64,000 nucleotides of DNA from Clostridia bacterium (lineage in GTDB: Bacteria; Bacillota; Clostridia; UBA1381), in NCBI GenBank assembly GCA_045593305.1, contig JAZNWI010000181.1, positions 8,831 through 72,830 of the forward strand. The letters are read 5' to 3'. Of the stretch, positions 47,134 to 55,839 are shown in pieces. Each line of letters begins with the position of its first letter. The stretch's first letter is position 1. The translations under genes were made by a program, and so were the position numbers. The notes beneath the pieces were generated by a model. It saw nothing but the letters and a program-made list of their open reading frames with translations. It did no database searches and had not been told where the DNA came from.

Positions 47134-49203
47134 TTATTCTTCAATTTCTTTCATTATTTCATCGTATGTTACCATATTGCCGTGCTTTGCAAAATCAACC
47201 TTTTTACCGAGAATACGGATGTTATCAACTATTGGTTTATTGTTTGTGTAAATAGGTTTACCGGGAGTGATGGGGTAAATACCAAGGCAACTGAAGATGT
47301 ACCAAGCGGCAGTTGAGCCGTTGTCCTCGTCACCGGGGAAACCGTCATCTTTCCATGAGAAGCCCTCTGCACAAATCTTTTTAAGCCAGTATTCAGTTTT
47401 TTCGGGTTGACCGAGATATGTGTAGATAAACGGAATGTGGAAGCTGGGCTGATTGGAAATCGCACACTGACCCCAATCGCAAGCCGCCATTTCGGTCATT
47501 TCGTGGATTTCGTAGTTGTATCCGCCAACTCTGTAATCGGCAGGTGTGGAGAAGAATTCATCAAGCTTTTTGATAAGTCCGTCCTTACCGCCGTAAAGCT
47601 CTGCAAGACCGTCAATATCGTGCTGTACCGCAAATGTTGTTTGCCATGCGGCGGCTTCAGTGTAGTCTCCGCCCCATCTTATTGGGTCAAAGTCGGGCTT
47701 GAAGTTACCCTCGGAATCCTTAGGTCGCATAAAGCCCGTTTCTTTATCGAAAATATTGGCATAATTCTTAGCACGTTCGAGATATTTTTCTTTCTTATCC
47801 TTGTAGCCGAGAATACCTGCAACAGTTGCAAGGCAATCATCGAAGTATGCCGCATCAAGAGTAAGGTTTACGCTTTCTTTGAATTTGTCGCAAGGTACAT
47901 ATCCCAGCTCAAGGTATTCCTCGCAACCCTCTCTACCGTAGGCGGGTACTGTGGAGGATTTATTAGCGTGGTGCTCCATGCCTTCAAATGCAGTTTCGAG
48001 TAAATCCTTTGAAATCAGATTTCTTGTGGCAACATCTGCGATTACCGCATCAATTGCGGTGCTGGGCATACAGTTTTTTGCATCGCCTGCAGTCCAACGG
48101 GGAAGCCAACCGCCATCTATATAATCCTGAATATAACCCTCAATAATCTCGGGTAAAATATCCTTGGCGACAATAGCGTAGAACGGATAGTTTGTGCGGT
48201 ATGTATCCCAGAAGCCGTTATCCGTGTATCTTACACCCGGGAGAACCTTATCTGCACAGGGTGAATAGTGAATGGGATTGCCGTTTTCATCGGGCTCGTA
48301 TGCCTTGTGAGGATAAAGGAAGGTGCGATACATACAGCTGTAGAATGTTTTCATTGTATCGTCATCTGCATCTATCTCAATTTTACTGAGATATTCGTTC
48401 CAGATACGCTCATTCTCCGTTTTGAGCTCATCAAAGCTACCGTAAACAGAGTCGTGCTGAAGATTTCTCAATGCCTGATCATAGCTTATGAAAGATGTTG
48501 CAACGGTGAAAGTAACATCCTTTTTCTTCAATGCAATATGAATACCTGTGCCTTCGCCCTTGATATGTAAACTGTGCTCGGTATCGCAGGTGTCTCTGTT
48601 ACCCGTGAGAATCTTGTCTGCATCAACAGAATCTGCATCGAATTGGAAAACGTAATACCCCTTGAGAGTACCTTTATCGTGGCTTTTTTTGCCTTGGTTG
48701 CAATCAGTCCAACAATAAAGACGGTTGTTTTCTTTATCAAACTCGTATTCACAATTATATTTAACGGGTAAAACTGACAGATAACGATCAAAATCCGTCT
48801 TAAAGCTTAACCTTACACAAGCGCCGTATTCGGTGGGGGTAAGCTCAAAATCACAAAAAGGACGTTTGAGATAGCACTTAAGATAATGGGGTTGTAAAAT
48901 TGCTTTTTCGGGGTCGTAACCTGACCAGCAATCTTCAAAATCAACGTAAGGCTTCTCTATCTGAGGCATCATTGTAAATGCACTATGGTCACTAATCCAC
49001 GGACTGGGCTGACGGGTAAGGCGAATACCCTCAACAGAACGGTCCTCGGGATGATAGTACCAGCTTCCTCTTGATGTTTCGGTCTGCAAACTGAACGCCG
49101 CGAAACCGAAAGGTCTTTGAACCAAAGGCAAGGTATTACCTTGAGAAAACCTGTGCAGAGATTTTGACCCCTGCTTAATATTTACATATTTAAGATAATT
49201 CAT
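47134..49203 (-). CDS. GH92 family alpha-mannosidase
   Basis: N-terminal GNTLPLVQRPFGF and C-terminal GDEDNGSTAAWYIFSCLGIYPITPG signatures. Confidence 0.85.
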   Translation of the reverse strand: MNYLKYVNIKQGSKSLHRFSQGNTLPLVQRPFGFAAFSLQTETSRGSWYYHPEDRSVEGIRLTRQPSPWISDHSAFTMMPQIEKPYVDFEDCWSGYDPEKAILQPHYLKCYLKRPFCDFELTPTEYGACVRLSFKTDFDRYLSVLPVKYNCEYEFDKENNRLYCWTDCNQGKKSHDKGTLKGYYVFQFDADSVDADKILTGNRDTCDTEHSLHIKGEGTGIHIALKKKDVTFTVATSFISYDQALRNLQHDSVYGSFDELKTENERIWNEYLSKIEIDADDDTMKTFYSCMYRTFLYPHKAYEPDENGNPIHYSPCADKVLPGVRYTDNGFWDTYRTNYPFYAIVAKDILPEIIEGYIQDYIDGGWLPRWTAGDAKNCMPSTAIDAVIADVATRNLISKDLLETAFEGMEHHANKSSTVPAYGREGCEEYLELGYVPCDKFKESVNLTLDAAYFDDCLATVAGILGYKDKKEKYLERAKNYANIFDKETGFMRPKDSEGNFKPDFDPIRWGGDYTEAAAWQTTFAVQHDIDGLAELYGGKDGLIKKLDEFFSTPADYRVGGYNYEIHEMTEMAACDWGQCAISNQPSFHIPFIYTYLGQPEKTEYWLKKICAEGFSWKDDGFPGDEDNGSTAAWYIFSCLGIYPITPGKPIYTNNKPIVDNIRILGKKVDFAKHGNMVTYDEIMKEIEE

Positions 49204-49305
49204 AAAGCATTCCTACTTTCGACGAGTATATTGTTATGATAGCATATAGTTATAAATCTTTCAATAATGATATAAATTAAAAAACAAGTGAAGTATTTTT
49301 GATGA

Positions 49306-49337
49306 TATAAAACGAGGACAGGTGCATCCCTGTCCTC
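49306..49337 (-). terminator. Rho-independent terminator after the GNAT gene (minus strand)
   Basis: GAGGACAGG / CCTGTCCTC stem. On the minus strand it is followed by GTTTTATAT. Confidence 0.7.
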
Positions 49338-49342
49338 ACTTT

Positions 49343-49903
49343 TTAGTCCAAATGCATTTTATAGAATTTTGCCTTAAACGTTTGTGTGCCGTCAAAGGTG
49401 CTGTATTCTCCGTAATGGTCGAATGTTAAACCGCACTTTTCCATAACCTTGCCCGAAGCTGGATTATCAACTGCGTGGTTTGAAACAAAATCCTTTATTC
49501 CTTGCTGTGTATAGGCAAATTCAATCATCCGCTTTGTAGCTTCTGTGGTTAGGCCTTTGTTCCAATAATCTGAACGGATATTGTAACCAAAACCCCAAGC
49601 ACCCGGTTCTTTTTTGTCAGGACCAATGCTACAGCTACCTATTAAAAGATTGTTTTCTTTAAGCACAATTCCCCAGTGAAAATTTTTATCATTGGGGAGT
49701 ATAACATTTATCCAATGCAATACCTCATCTGTGTTTTTGTAAAGGTTATAAGGCATAAATTTATTAACTTTTTCATCACTCAACCATACGAAAGCAGCAT
49801 CTGCATCCTTTGGTGTAATAGGACGTAAAATCAGCCTTTCTGTTTCAAGTATGGGTGTGTTTTTTATGTATTTTATCTGTTTAATTTTTTGTATTATATT
49901 CAT
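49343..49903 (-). CDS. GNAT family N-acetyltransferase (RimJ/RimL-like)
   Basis: TERLILRPITPKDADAAFVW N-terminus and GNAT core. AAGAGGAAG RBS. ATGA overlap with the upstream gene. Confidence 0.85.
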   Translation of the reverse strand: MNIIQKIKQIKYIKNTPILETERLILRPITPKDADAAFVWLSDEKVNKFMPYNLYKNTDEVLHWINVILPNDKNFHWGIVLKENNLLIGSCSIGPDKKEPGAWGFGYNIRSDYWNKGLTTEATKRMIEFAYTQQGIKDFVSNHAVDNPASGKVMEKCGLTFDHYGEYSTFDGTQTFKAKFYKMHLD

Positions 49904-51021
49904 CGTTTCTTCCTCTTTTCTGTTTCTATTGCTATAAAGGGAACAGTCATTTCTTCTTCTGTAAGACCTGCGTGAACACCAACCATTTCAAAATCGCCTC
50001 GTTTATAGTCAATATTGATTTCACCAAGAGCAACTGCGAAAAAGTCACCTATAAAGTTTGCGGTTTTCGGATGCGGTGTTCCAAAACCTAAAATATTTTC
50101 AGAGAACACTTCTTCCTTTGTCATTAACCTGAAAGACTCACCGAATATTTTGTTGAATTCTGTTTTGAATTCTTCTGTTTTTCCGTCTTTAATAAACAAA
50201 CTTAAAGCTCTTGGTTCAATAGATGGTGGTATTTTTAAAAGTTCTGTTATTTGGGGATAGTCCTCTAAATATTCTGTTTTCCCATCACAAAGTCCGTGGT
50301 CAGCGGTGATAATTACAAGTGAATCCTTTAATTTACCACAAAGCTTTTCAACCTCGCTGTTAATATGCAAAATCTCTTTGTGTGCTTCAGGACTTGTTAC
50401 TCCGTGACCGTGCATTGCATGGTCAGGCTGATTCCAATAAGCATAGATATATTTCTTCTTTCTCTTTTTAGAAAGCTTGTATATCGTCTTGCAAATATCC
50501 TCAACACTTTTGACACGATATTTTGAAAAGAAGGCTACACAGTAAGCACTTTTTCTGCCCTTTACCTTTTCAATTCTTTGCATAATGTTTTTGTAAGGAA
50601 TGTATTTGTGAGCCACGTTGTATTTTGCAGCAGGCTCACCATTTCTTTGCAAGGTATTTTTGAAAACTGCAACATTTTCTCCGATTTCTTCAAAGTATAA
50701 GTCCCAGCCAAGCCATCCACATTCCAACGGAGAATATCCACTTAAAATAGATGTGGTTGCTGCAACGGTTGTTGATGGGAAAACGGAAGAAATATCGGTT
50801 ACATAATGTTTCCTTAAAAAATCATTTTCTTCGAGATGATAGTTCAAGGTTGAAGTTCCCAATCCGTCAAAAAGAATTACTATAATATTTTTGTAGTCTT
50901 TCTGGAGTAATTTATCAAATTCGGGTAAGGTTTTATGTTGGCAGTCCTTTACGCCGAAATGGTTTAAAACTGATGAAGCAATCGAAAGTATGCTTCTATC
51001 GTAGTTTGGATATTTAATCAT
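49900..51021 (-). CDS. alkaline phosphatase superfamily protein (nucleotide pyrophosphatase/phosphodiesterase-like)
   Basis: LFDGLG, FPSTTVAATTSILSG and ITADHG metal/nucleophile motifs. AAGGAG RBS before ATG 51021. Confidence 0.8.
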   Translation of the reverse strand: MIKYPNYDRSILSIASSVLNHFGVKDCQHKTLPEFDKLLQKDYKNIIVILFDGLGTSTLNYHLEENDFLRKHYVTDISSVFPSTTVAATTSILSGYSPLECGWLGWDLYFEEIGENVAVFKNTLQRNGEPAAKYNVAHKYIPYKNIMQRIEKVKGRKSAYCVAFFSKYRVKSVEDICKTIYKLSKKRKKKYIYAYWNQPDHAMHGHGVTSPEAHKEILHINSEVEKLCGKLKDSLVIITADHGLCDGKTEYLEDYPQITELLKIPPSIEPRALSLFIKDGKTEEFKTEFNKIFGESFRLMTKEEVFSENILGFGTPHPKTANFIGDFFAVALGEINIDYKRGDFEMVGVHAGLTEEEMTVPFIAIETEKRKKR

Positions 51022-51395
51022 AATTTCTACTCCTTTCAAAGTTGTATTGAGAATAAAAGTAACCGGTGTAAGCTTTGCAGTAAGCCTACACCGGTATAAT
51101 CATATCGTTAACAAATCACTTTAGTTTTGTCGAAATGAGTATAGAGGCATAGACCTGCAAGAAAGATCGTAATCGTTCTTTGCAAGCCAGGAATTCTGCA
51201 TATCTTGTTTTTTGAGAAGATATGTGTTCATAACCTTTACCTCGTTTTTATATTTTCGCACACTATAACACAAGTTTTTTGAGTTGTCAAGAAAAAGTTT
51301 TTAATTACACTTCTCTTATATCAATGGTAAGATTATGATGTTATATATGTTATGGCGTAGGTTACTGAGAATTCCAATGCGAAGGAGCTGAGTTT

Positions 51396-51503
51396 ATGAG
51401 CTTTAATTTTAAGACGGTGCTTATCCTTGCTCTTGTTTTTTATATATTTTTTGTGTTATCATACATTTGTACAGCAAAAATAAAATCTGATTTTAAATTC
51501 TAA
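51396..51503 (+). CDS. candidate small hydrophobic ORF (35 aa)
   Basis: GAAGGAG RBS 7 nt upstream of the ATG. MSFNFKTVLILALVFYIFFVLSYICTAKIKSDFKF has one TM-like helix. Ends 22 nt before the GH3 start. Confidence 0.3.
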   Translation: MSFNFKTVLILALVFYIFFVLSYICTAKIKSDFKF

Positions 51504-51524
51504 AGATTGACGGAGTGTGATTTT

Positions 51525-53600
51525 ATGACTTTTGATTTTAATACAGCAGTTAAGCTTTATAAAGAAAATCCTACAAATGAAAAGTTAAATGAAGTCGCAG
51601 AAAAGCTTCTTTCTGAAATGACTCTTAAAGAAAAAATAAAGATGATGCAGGGGCACGCTATGGGTGTAACAATAAAAAATGTTTTCACTCGTGGCAGATA
51701 TTATAACGGTGAAGCATATCCTGCAGGAGGTTGCAAAAGACTGGGGATTCCGCCCGTTCTTTTTACTGACGGACCTCGTGGTATAGTTATGGGAAAATGC
51801 ACTTGTTTCCCTGTTTCTATGCTTCGTGGTGCTACATTTGACGATGAATTGGAATATGAAATCGGCAAGGTTATGGCAAAAGAAGCCGGTGCTTTTGGTG
51901 CAAATCTATTTGCCGGTGTATGTATAAACTTACTTCGCCATCCCAAATGGGGCAGAGCACAGGAGACTTATGGTGAGGACCCGTTTTTGCTTGGCAAAAT
52001 GGGTGCCGCGCTCACAAAAGCAATGCAGGAAAACGGTATAATTGCCTGTCCTAAGCACTATGCCCTTAACAGTATTGAAGATTTGCGATTTAGCGTTGAT
52101 GCAAAGGCAGCGGAAAGAACTCTTCACGAGGTTTATTTGCCTCATTTCAAAAAATGCATTGATGTCGGTGCAATGTCTATAATGGGTGCATATAATAAGG
52201 TAAATGGCACTTATGCGTGTGAAAATAAAGAGCTTTTAACTGACATTCTTCGTGATAAATGGGGCTTTGAGGGCTTTGCTCTTTCCGACTTCGTTTATGG
52301 TATTTATGATGCGGCAAGAAGCGTTAAGGCGGGTATGGATGTGGAAATGCCATATACCTTCAGATATGCTTTCCTGAACAGTAAGCTGAAAAAAGGTGAG
52401 CTTACCGAGGCTGATATTGATTTAAGTGCAGGAAGAGTTTTAAAAGCACTTATCAAAACTTTACCTGAATATAAAGAACAACCCAAGTCCGTTATTCTCG
52501 CAAAAGAGCATACCGAGTTGTCAAGAAAAGTTGCAGGTAAAGGTACAGTTCTCCTAAAAAATGAAAACAAAACATTACCTGTTGCTAACGGCAAAAAGAT
52601 AGCCGTTATTGGCAGATATGCCGATAAAATAAATGTTGGCGACCACGGTAGCAGTAATGTTTACAGTCCTTATACAGTAACCGCTTTTCAAGGCATCAAA
52701 AACCGCTTCGGTGCAGATAATGTTGTGGTTTATAACGGTTGTGATACTGCTAAAGCTACAGAATCGGTTAAGTATTGTGACTACATAGTTGCTTGTGTAG
52801 GAAGTGATTACAAGCAAGAGGGCGAGTTCCTTGTGAATCTCGGTAACATCAAGCAAAAGCCTGTAGGTAAAGGTGGCGACAGAGTCAATTTAAGAATACC
52901 TGACGAAGATGTTGCACTGATTAAAGCTTTATCCCAAACAGGTAAAAAACTTATAGTTAATATAATGGGCGGTAGTGCCTATGTTATTAAAGAGTGGAAC
53001 GATTTGGCAGATGCAATTCTCTTCTCATTCTATAGCGGTCTTGAGGGCGGAAACGCTCTTGCAGATGTTTTAAGCGGTGATGTAAACCCCGGCGGTAAAT
53101 TGCCCTTTACAATTGCTTTCAACGACGAGGATTACCCATCATTTTTACATATTGAAGATAGTGGCAGAGGAATTAATTACGGTTACTACCACGGCTACAC
53201 CTTGTTTGACAAAAAAGGTATAGAGCCTCAATATCCTTTTGGTTACGGATGTTCATATACGGATTTTGTAATTGAAAACCCGAAGGTTTTACAAACTGAA
53301 AAAGTGATTCAGGTTTCAGCGGATGTTAAAAATATCGGTGCTGTTGATGGTGATGAGGTTCTGCAGATTTATGTTTCAAGCGAAAATGCACAAGAAGACA
53401 GACCGGTTAAGCTTCTTAAAGGCTTTAAACGAGTGACTGTAAAAGCAGGGGAGAGCGTAGGAGCAAAGGTTGTAATAGACCTTGAAGATATAAAATTCTA
53501 TAATGCAGAAGAGGGCGAATGGGAGCTTGATAGGAGCTACACAATTCTTGTGGGTACGAATAGCCGAAATGCAAAGATAGTTGGCAGAGTTGAGTTTTGA
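51525..53600 (+). CDS. GH3 family beta-glucosidase / beta-hexosidase
   Basis: LTLKEKIKMMQG, KHYALNS, GFALSDF (nucleophile Asp region). 691 aa. Confidence 0.9.
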   Translation: MTFDFNTAVKLYKENPTNEKLNEVAEKLLSEMTLKEKIKMMQGHAMGVTIKNVFTRGRYYNGEAYPAGGCKRLGIPPVLFTDGPRGIVMGKCTCFPVSMLRGATFDDELEYEIGKVMAKEAGAFGANLFAGVCINLLRHPKWGRAQETYGEDPFLLGKMGAALTKAMQENGIIACPKHYALNSIEDLRFSVDAKAAERTLHEVYLPHFKKCIDVGAMSIMGAYNKVNGTYACENKELLTDILRDKWGFEGFALSDFVYGIYDAARSVKAGMDVEMPYTFRYAFLNSKLKKGELTEADIDLSAGRVLKALIKTLPEYKEQPKSVILAKEHTELSRKVAGKGTVLLKNENKTLPVANGKKIAVIGRYADKINVGDHGSSNVYSPYTVTAFQGIKNRFGADNVVVYNGCDTAKATESVKYCDYIVACVGSDYKQEGEFLVNLGNIKQKPVGKGGDRVNLRIPDEDVALIKALSQTGKKLIVNIMGGSAYVIKEWNDLADAILFSFYSGLEGGNALADVLSGDVNPGGKLPFTIAFNDEDYPSFLHIEDSGRGINYGYYHGYTLFDKKGIEPQYPFGYGCSYTDFVIENPKVLQTEKVIQVSADVKNIGAVDGDEVLQIYVSSENAQEDRPVKLLKGFKRVTVKAGESVGAKVVIDLEDIKFYNAEEGEWELDRSYTILVGTNSRNAKIVGRVEF

Positions 53601-53730
53601 GGGAAATGATGGGAATACTTGATATTTTAAAGAAAATACCGTCCGCTAAAGAAATGAAAGGCGGATTTGGTGAAACACATGAGAATTATTATCAGTTATA
53701 TTGGTGATATGAGAAAGTTATAGCAGGAAT

Positions 53731-53769
53731 AAAGCGAGGGCGGGGATGTTTTGTCCCTGACCTCGCTTT
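53731..53769. terminator. Long imperfect hairpin, probably a bidirectional terminator at the island junction
   Basis: AAAGCGAGGGCGGGGA / TCCCTGACCTCGCTTT with 2 mismatches. T-rich on the plus side (TCTGGTGCGTTTTT) and TTTATT on the minus side. Confidence 0.6.
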
Positions 53770-53966
53770 TCTGGTGCGTTTTTATTTAAGTCGTTACAGT
53801 TACATTCTTTTGGGCGTTTTGCAGTCGAGTGACGGGTTGATGGCGTAGAAGTTTCTGCTGTCCATCTTATCCGTTGCAAGTCTGAGCCCTTCCCCAATAA
53901 TCGATTCCTGAAAAAACGACACATTAAGTCAAATTATGAAACCTTCAATCAAAAAGAGGGCAAAGA

Positions 53967-54587
53967 TTAATCTTTAATACGCTTTATATGAAATCTTCCA
54001 CGGGCACTAGGGTGGTAGCAATCAAGAACCATTGCGTTTTCAGGTAGCCAATCTTTAACTGTACCGTAGGTGCCGCCGCATATTACTATTTGGGGTGATA
54101 AAAGTTCAATTTCTTTTTTTATAAAAGGCTCATAAAGTTTTGCATAATTCGCCAATCTGCTGTGGTTGGTTGAACCATATCCTCCGCGTTTGTTAAGGTT
54201 CATATATGCACAGTTTTCAGCATCTTTATCCGTGTAGTTATTACTCGCGTCCAATTCATTTAAGGTCTTTAACACCTTTTTTATGAAATCGTAATAAACA
54301 GTCATATATTCTTTTGAGTCTTTCATTGCAAAAGTGTCTTCAAATTCGCCTATTTTTTCATTAACTGAAACATTAGATTCTCTGCATATTATCAAAATAC
54401 CATTAAATTTCATCTCTGATGAAATATAACCATCGGGACAAAAACTGTTTTTGAAGGTTTCATAATCGGGGCTCATACCGTTAATTTTGGGGAATGTTTT
54501 TTTGCAAGAATTTTCATCTTCGGCTTCTTGTGCTTTTTTCCATAATGTAAAAAGTTCCTCTAAAGTAGTAATGTTTTTAATTTCCAT
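53967..54587 (-). CDS. uracil-DNA-glycosylase-superfamily-like protein with non-canonical motifs
   Basis: AGGTGA RBS before ATG 54587. 206 aa. Order of elements: ILIICRESN (motif-A position), AYMNLNKRGG, PQIVICGGTYG, CYHPSARG (motif-B-like HPS). Confidence 0.5.
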   Translation of the reverse strand: MEIKNITTLEELFTLWKKAQEAEDENSCKKTFPKINGMSPDYETFKNSFCPDGYISSEMKFNGILIICRESNVSVNEKIGEFEDTFAMKDSKEYMTVYYDFIKKVLKTLNELDASNNYTDKDAENCAYMNLNKRGGYGSTNHSRLANYAKLYEPFIKKEIELLSPQIVICGGTYGTVKDWLPENAMVLDCYHPSARGRFHIKRIKD

Positions 54588-54653
54588 ATTATCACCTGAA
54601 AAAATTATATCATAATTATCGTAAATCTCAATAATGCGATTATTACAAAAATG

Positions 54654-54673
54654 ATGCACTCTTTTTGGTGCAT
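54654..54673. promoter_or_regulatory. Perfect 6-N8-6 inverted repeat ATGCAC-N8-GTGCAT in the divergent promoter region
   Basis: Read directly. Lies 8 nt upstream of the TTGTGT -35-like hexamer of the WYL gene. Confidence 0.45.
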
Positions 54674-54680
54674 ATAACAC

Positions 54681-54708
54681 TTGTGTTATGGTGCAGATAT
54701 GGTACAAT
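54681..54708 (+). promoter_or_regulatory. Sigma-A-like promoter of the WYL regulator gene (TTGTGT-N16-TGgTACAAT)
   Basis: Extended -10 TGGTACAAT at 54700-54708. It contains GGTACA, the reverse complement of the TGTACC motif seen at the two downstream promoters. Confidence 0.5.
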
Positions 54709-54743
54709 AGTATTGTTATCATAGCGATTTGAGGAGTGTTGTT

Positions 54744-55727
54744 ATGGCTGAACTTGAACCTAAAAAATTGGCGTTAATCCGTATTTTGCAAATTTTTGAG
54801 AAATACAGTGATTTTGACCATCCTTTAAAGCAGGAAGATATTGCGAACTATCTTGAAGATGATTACGGAATTGTTATTGAGAGAAAGGCAATCGGAAGAA
54901 ACATATCTCTTCTTAAAGAGGCGGGGTATGAAATCGAATCAACCAGAGCGGGTAGTTTCCTTGAAGCGCGGGCTTTTGAGGATTCGGAGCTTCGTATGCT
55001 TATTGATGGGGTTCTTTCAAGTACGCATATTGCACCTAAATATTCAAAGGATTTAATTGAAAGACTTTGCGGTCTGTCGAATGTTTATTTTAAATCCCAC
55101 ATTAAAAATATTTATTCCGTAAACGATTGGAACAAGACGGATAATATCGCTCTTTTCTATAATATAGATATGATAGATTTGGCTATCGAAAAGGGTGTGC
55201 AGATTGCTTTTGATTACAATAAGTTCGGTGTGGATAAAAAGCTGCATAAATCTGCTTCTCACAAGGCGAGTCCTTATCAGCTTATTCTTCATAACCAACG
55301 CTATTATTTAATGGCGCTTAACGAAAGATGGCACAATATGGGTTTTTACAGACTTGACAGAATCAGCAATATGACTCTTATTGAGGACAGACCTTTAACC
55401 AATATTCGTACTGTTGAGGGTTACGAAAACGGAATTGATTATAAGGAAATAGCGACAGGTCTTCCTTATATGTTCACAGATAAGCCTCAACCTATTGAAT
55501 TTATTTCAGATAAAAAAATTATCGACCAGATTGTTGATTGGTTCGGTAGAGATATTAAATTTACCGAGCTCAGCAAAGATAAGGTGAAGGTTGAATTAAC
55601 CGCAAGTCCCAATGCAATGGAGCACTGGGCAAAGCAGTATCTTGGCTTTGTTGAAATTACAAAACCTTTGGAGCTTCGTCAGAAGATTAAAGAAATATTG
55701 GTTGATGCTAAAAAAAGATATAAATAA
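54744..55727 (+). CDS. WYL-domain transcriptional regulator (BrxR/CapW-like architecture)
   Basis: GAGGAG RBS. N-terminal wHTH (LKQEDIANYLEDDYGIVIERKAIGRNISLLKEAG). WYL-type core RYYLMALNERWHNMGFYRLDRISNM. 327 aa. Confidence 0.85.
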   Translation: MAELEPKKLALIRILQIFEKYSDFDHPLKQEDIANYLEDDYGIVIERKAIGRNISLLKEAGYEIESTRAGSFLEARAFEDSELRMLIDGVLSSTHIAPKYSKDLIERLCGLSNVYFKSHIKNIYSVNDWNKTDNIALFYNIDMIDLAIEKGVQIAFDYNKFGVDKKLHKSASHKASPYQLILHNQRYYLMALNERWHNMGFYRLDRISNMTLIEDRPLTNIRTVEGYENGIDYKEIATGLPYMFTDKPQPIEFISDKKIIDQIVDWFGRDIKFTELSKDKVKVELTASPNAMEHWAKQYLGFVEITKPLELRQKIKEILVDAKKRYK

Positions 55728-55740
55728 ATATATTTTTTAT

Positions 55741-55773
55741 AAACCGCCACGCAGAAATGCGTGGCGGTTTTTG
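55741..55773 (+). terminator. Rho-independent terminator after the WYL gene
   Basis: Perfect 12-bp stem AAACCGCCACGC / GCGTGGCGGTTT followed by TTTTT. Confidence 0.9.
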
Positions 55774-55807
55774 TGTACCTAAAACAGTACATAAGATTTT
55801 GTATAAT
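55769..55807 (+). promoter_or_regulatory. Promoter/operator cassette: TTTTGTGTACC, inverted repeat GTGTAC-N8-GTACAT, then TATAAT
   Basis: GTGTAC at 55773 and TATAAT at 55802, a 29-nt offset. The inverted repeat covers the -35 position. Confidence 0.5.
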
Positions 55808-55839
55808 ATATTTACGATGAAAATTTGGGAGGTTTAAAG

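Noticed and set aside
53718-53924. 68-aa minus-strand ORF in the island junction
   Set aside because: It runs straight through the terminator-like hairpin. It has an Arg/Thr/Ser-rich composition unlike the neighbouring proteins, and no RBS. The region is reported instead as unexplained non-coding or remnant sequence.
54588-54722. N-terminal 45-aa extension of the UDG-like ORF given by the ORF track (start at 54722)
   Set aside because: The extension would overlap the whole divergent promoter region and abut the WYL gene RBS. An internal ATG at 54587 has a proper AGGTGA RBS. Similar trimming was applied to ORFs at 32975, 41457, 44037, 44437, 51507, 55825, 18402, 26003, 26354 and 51039.
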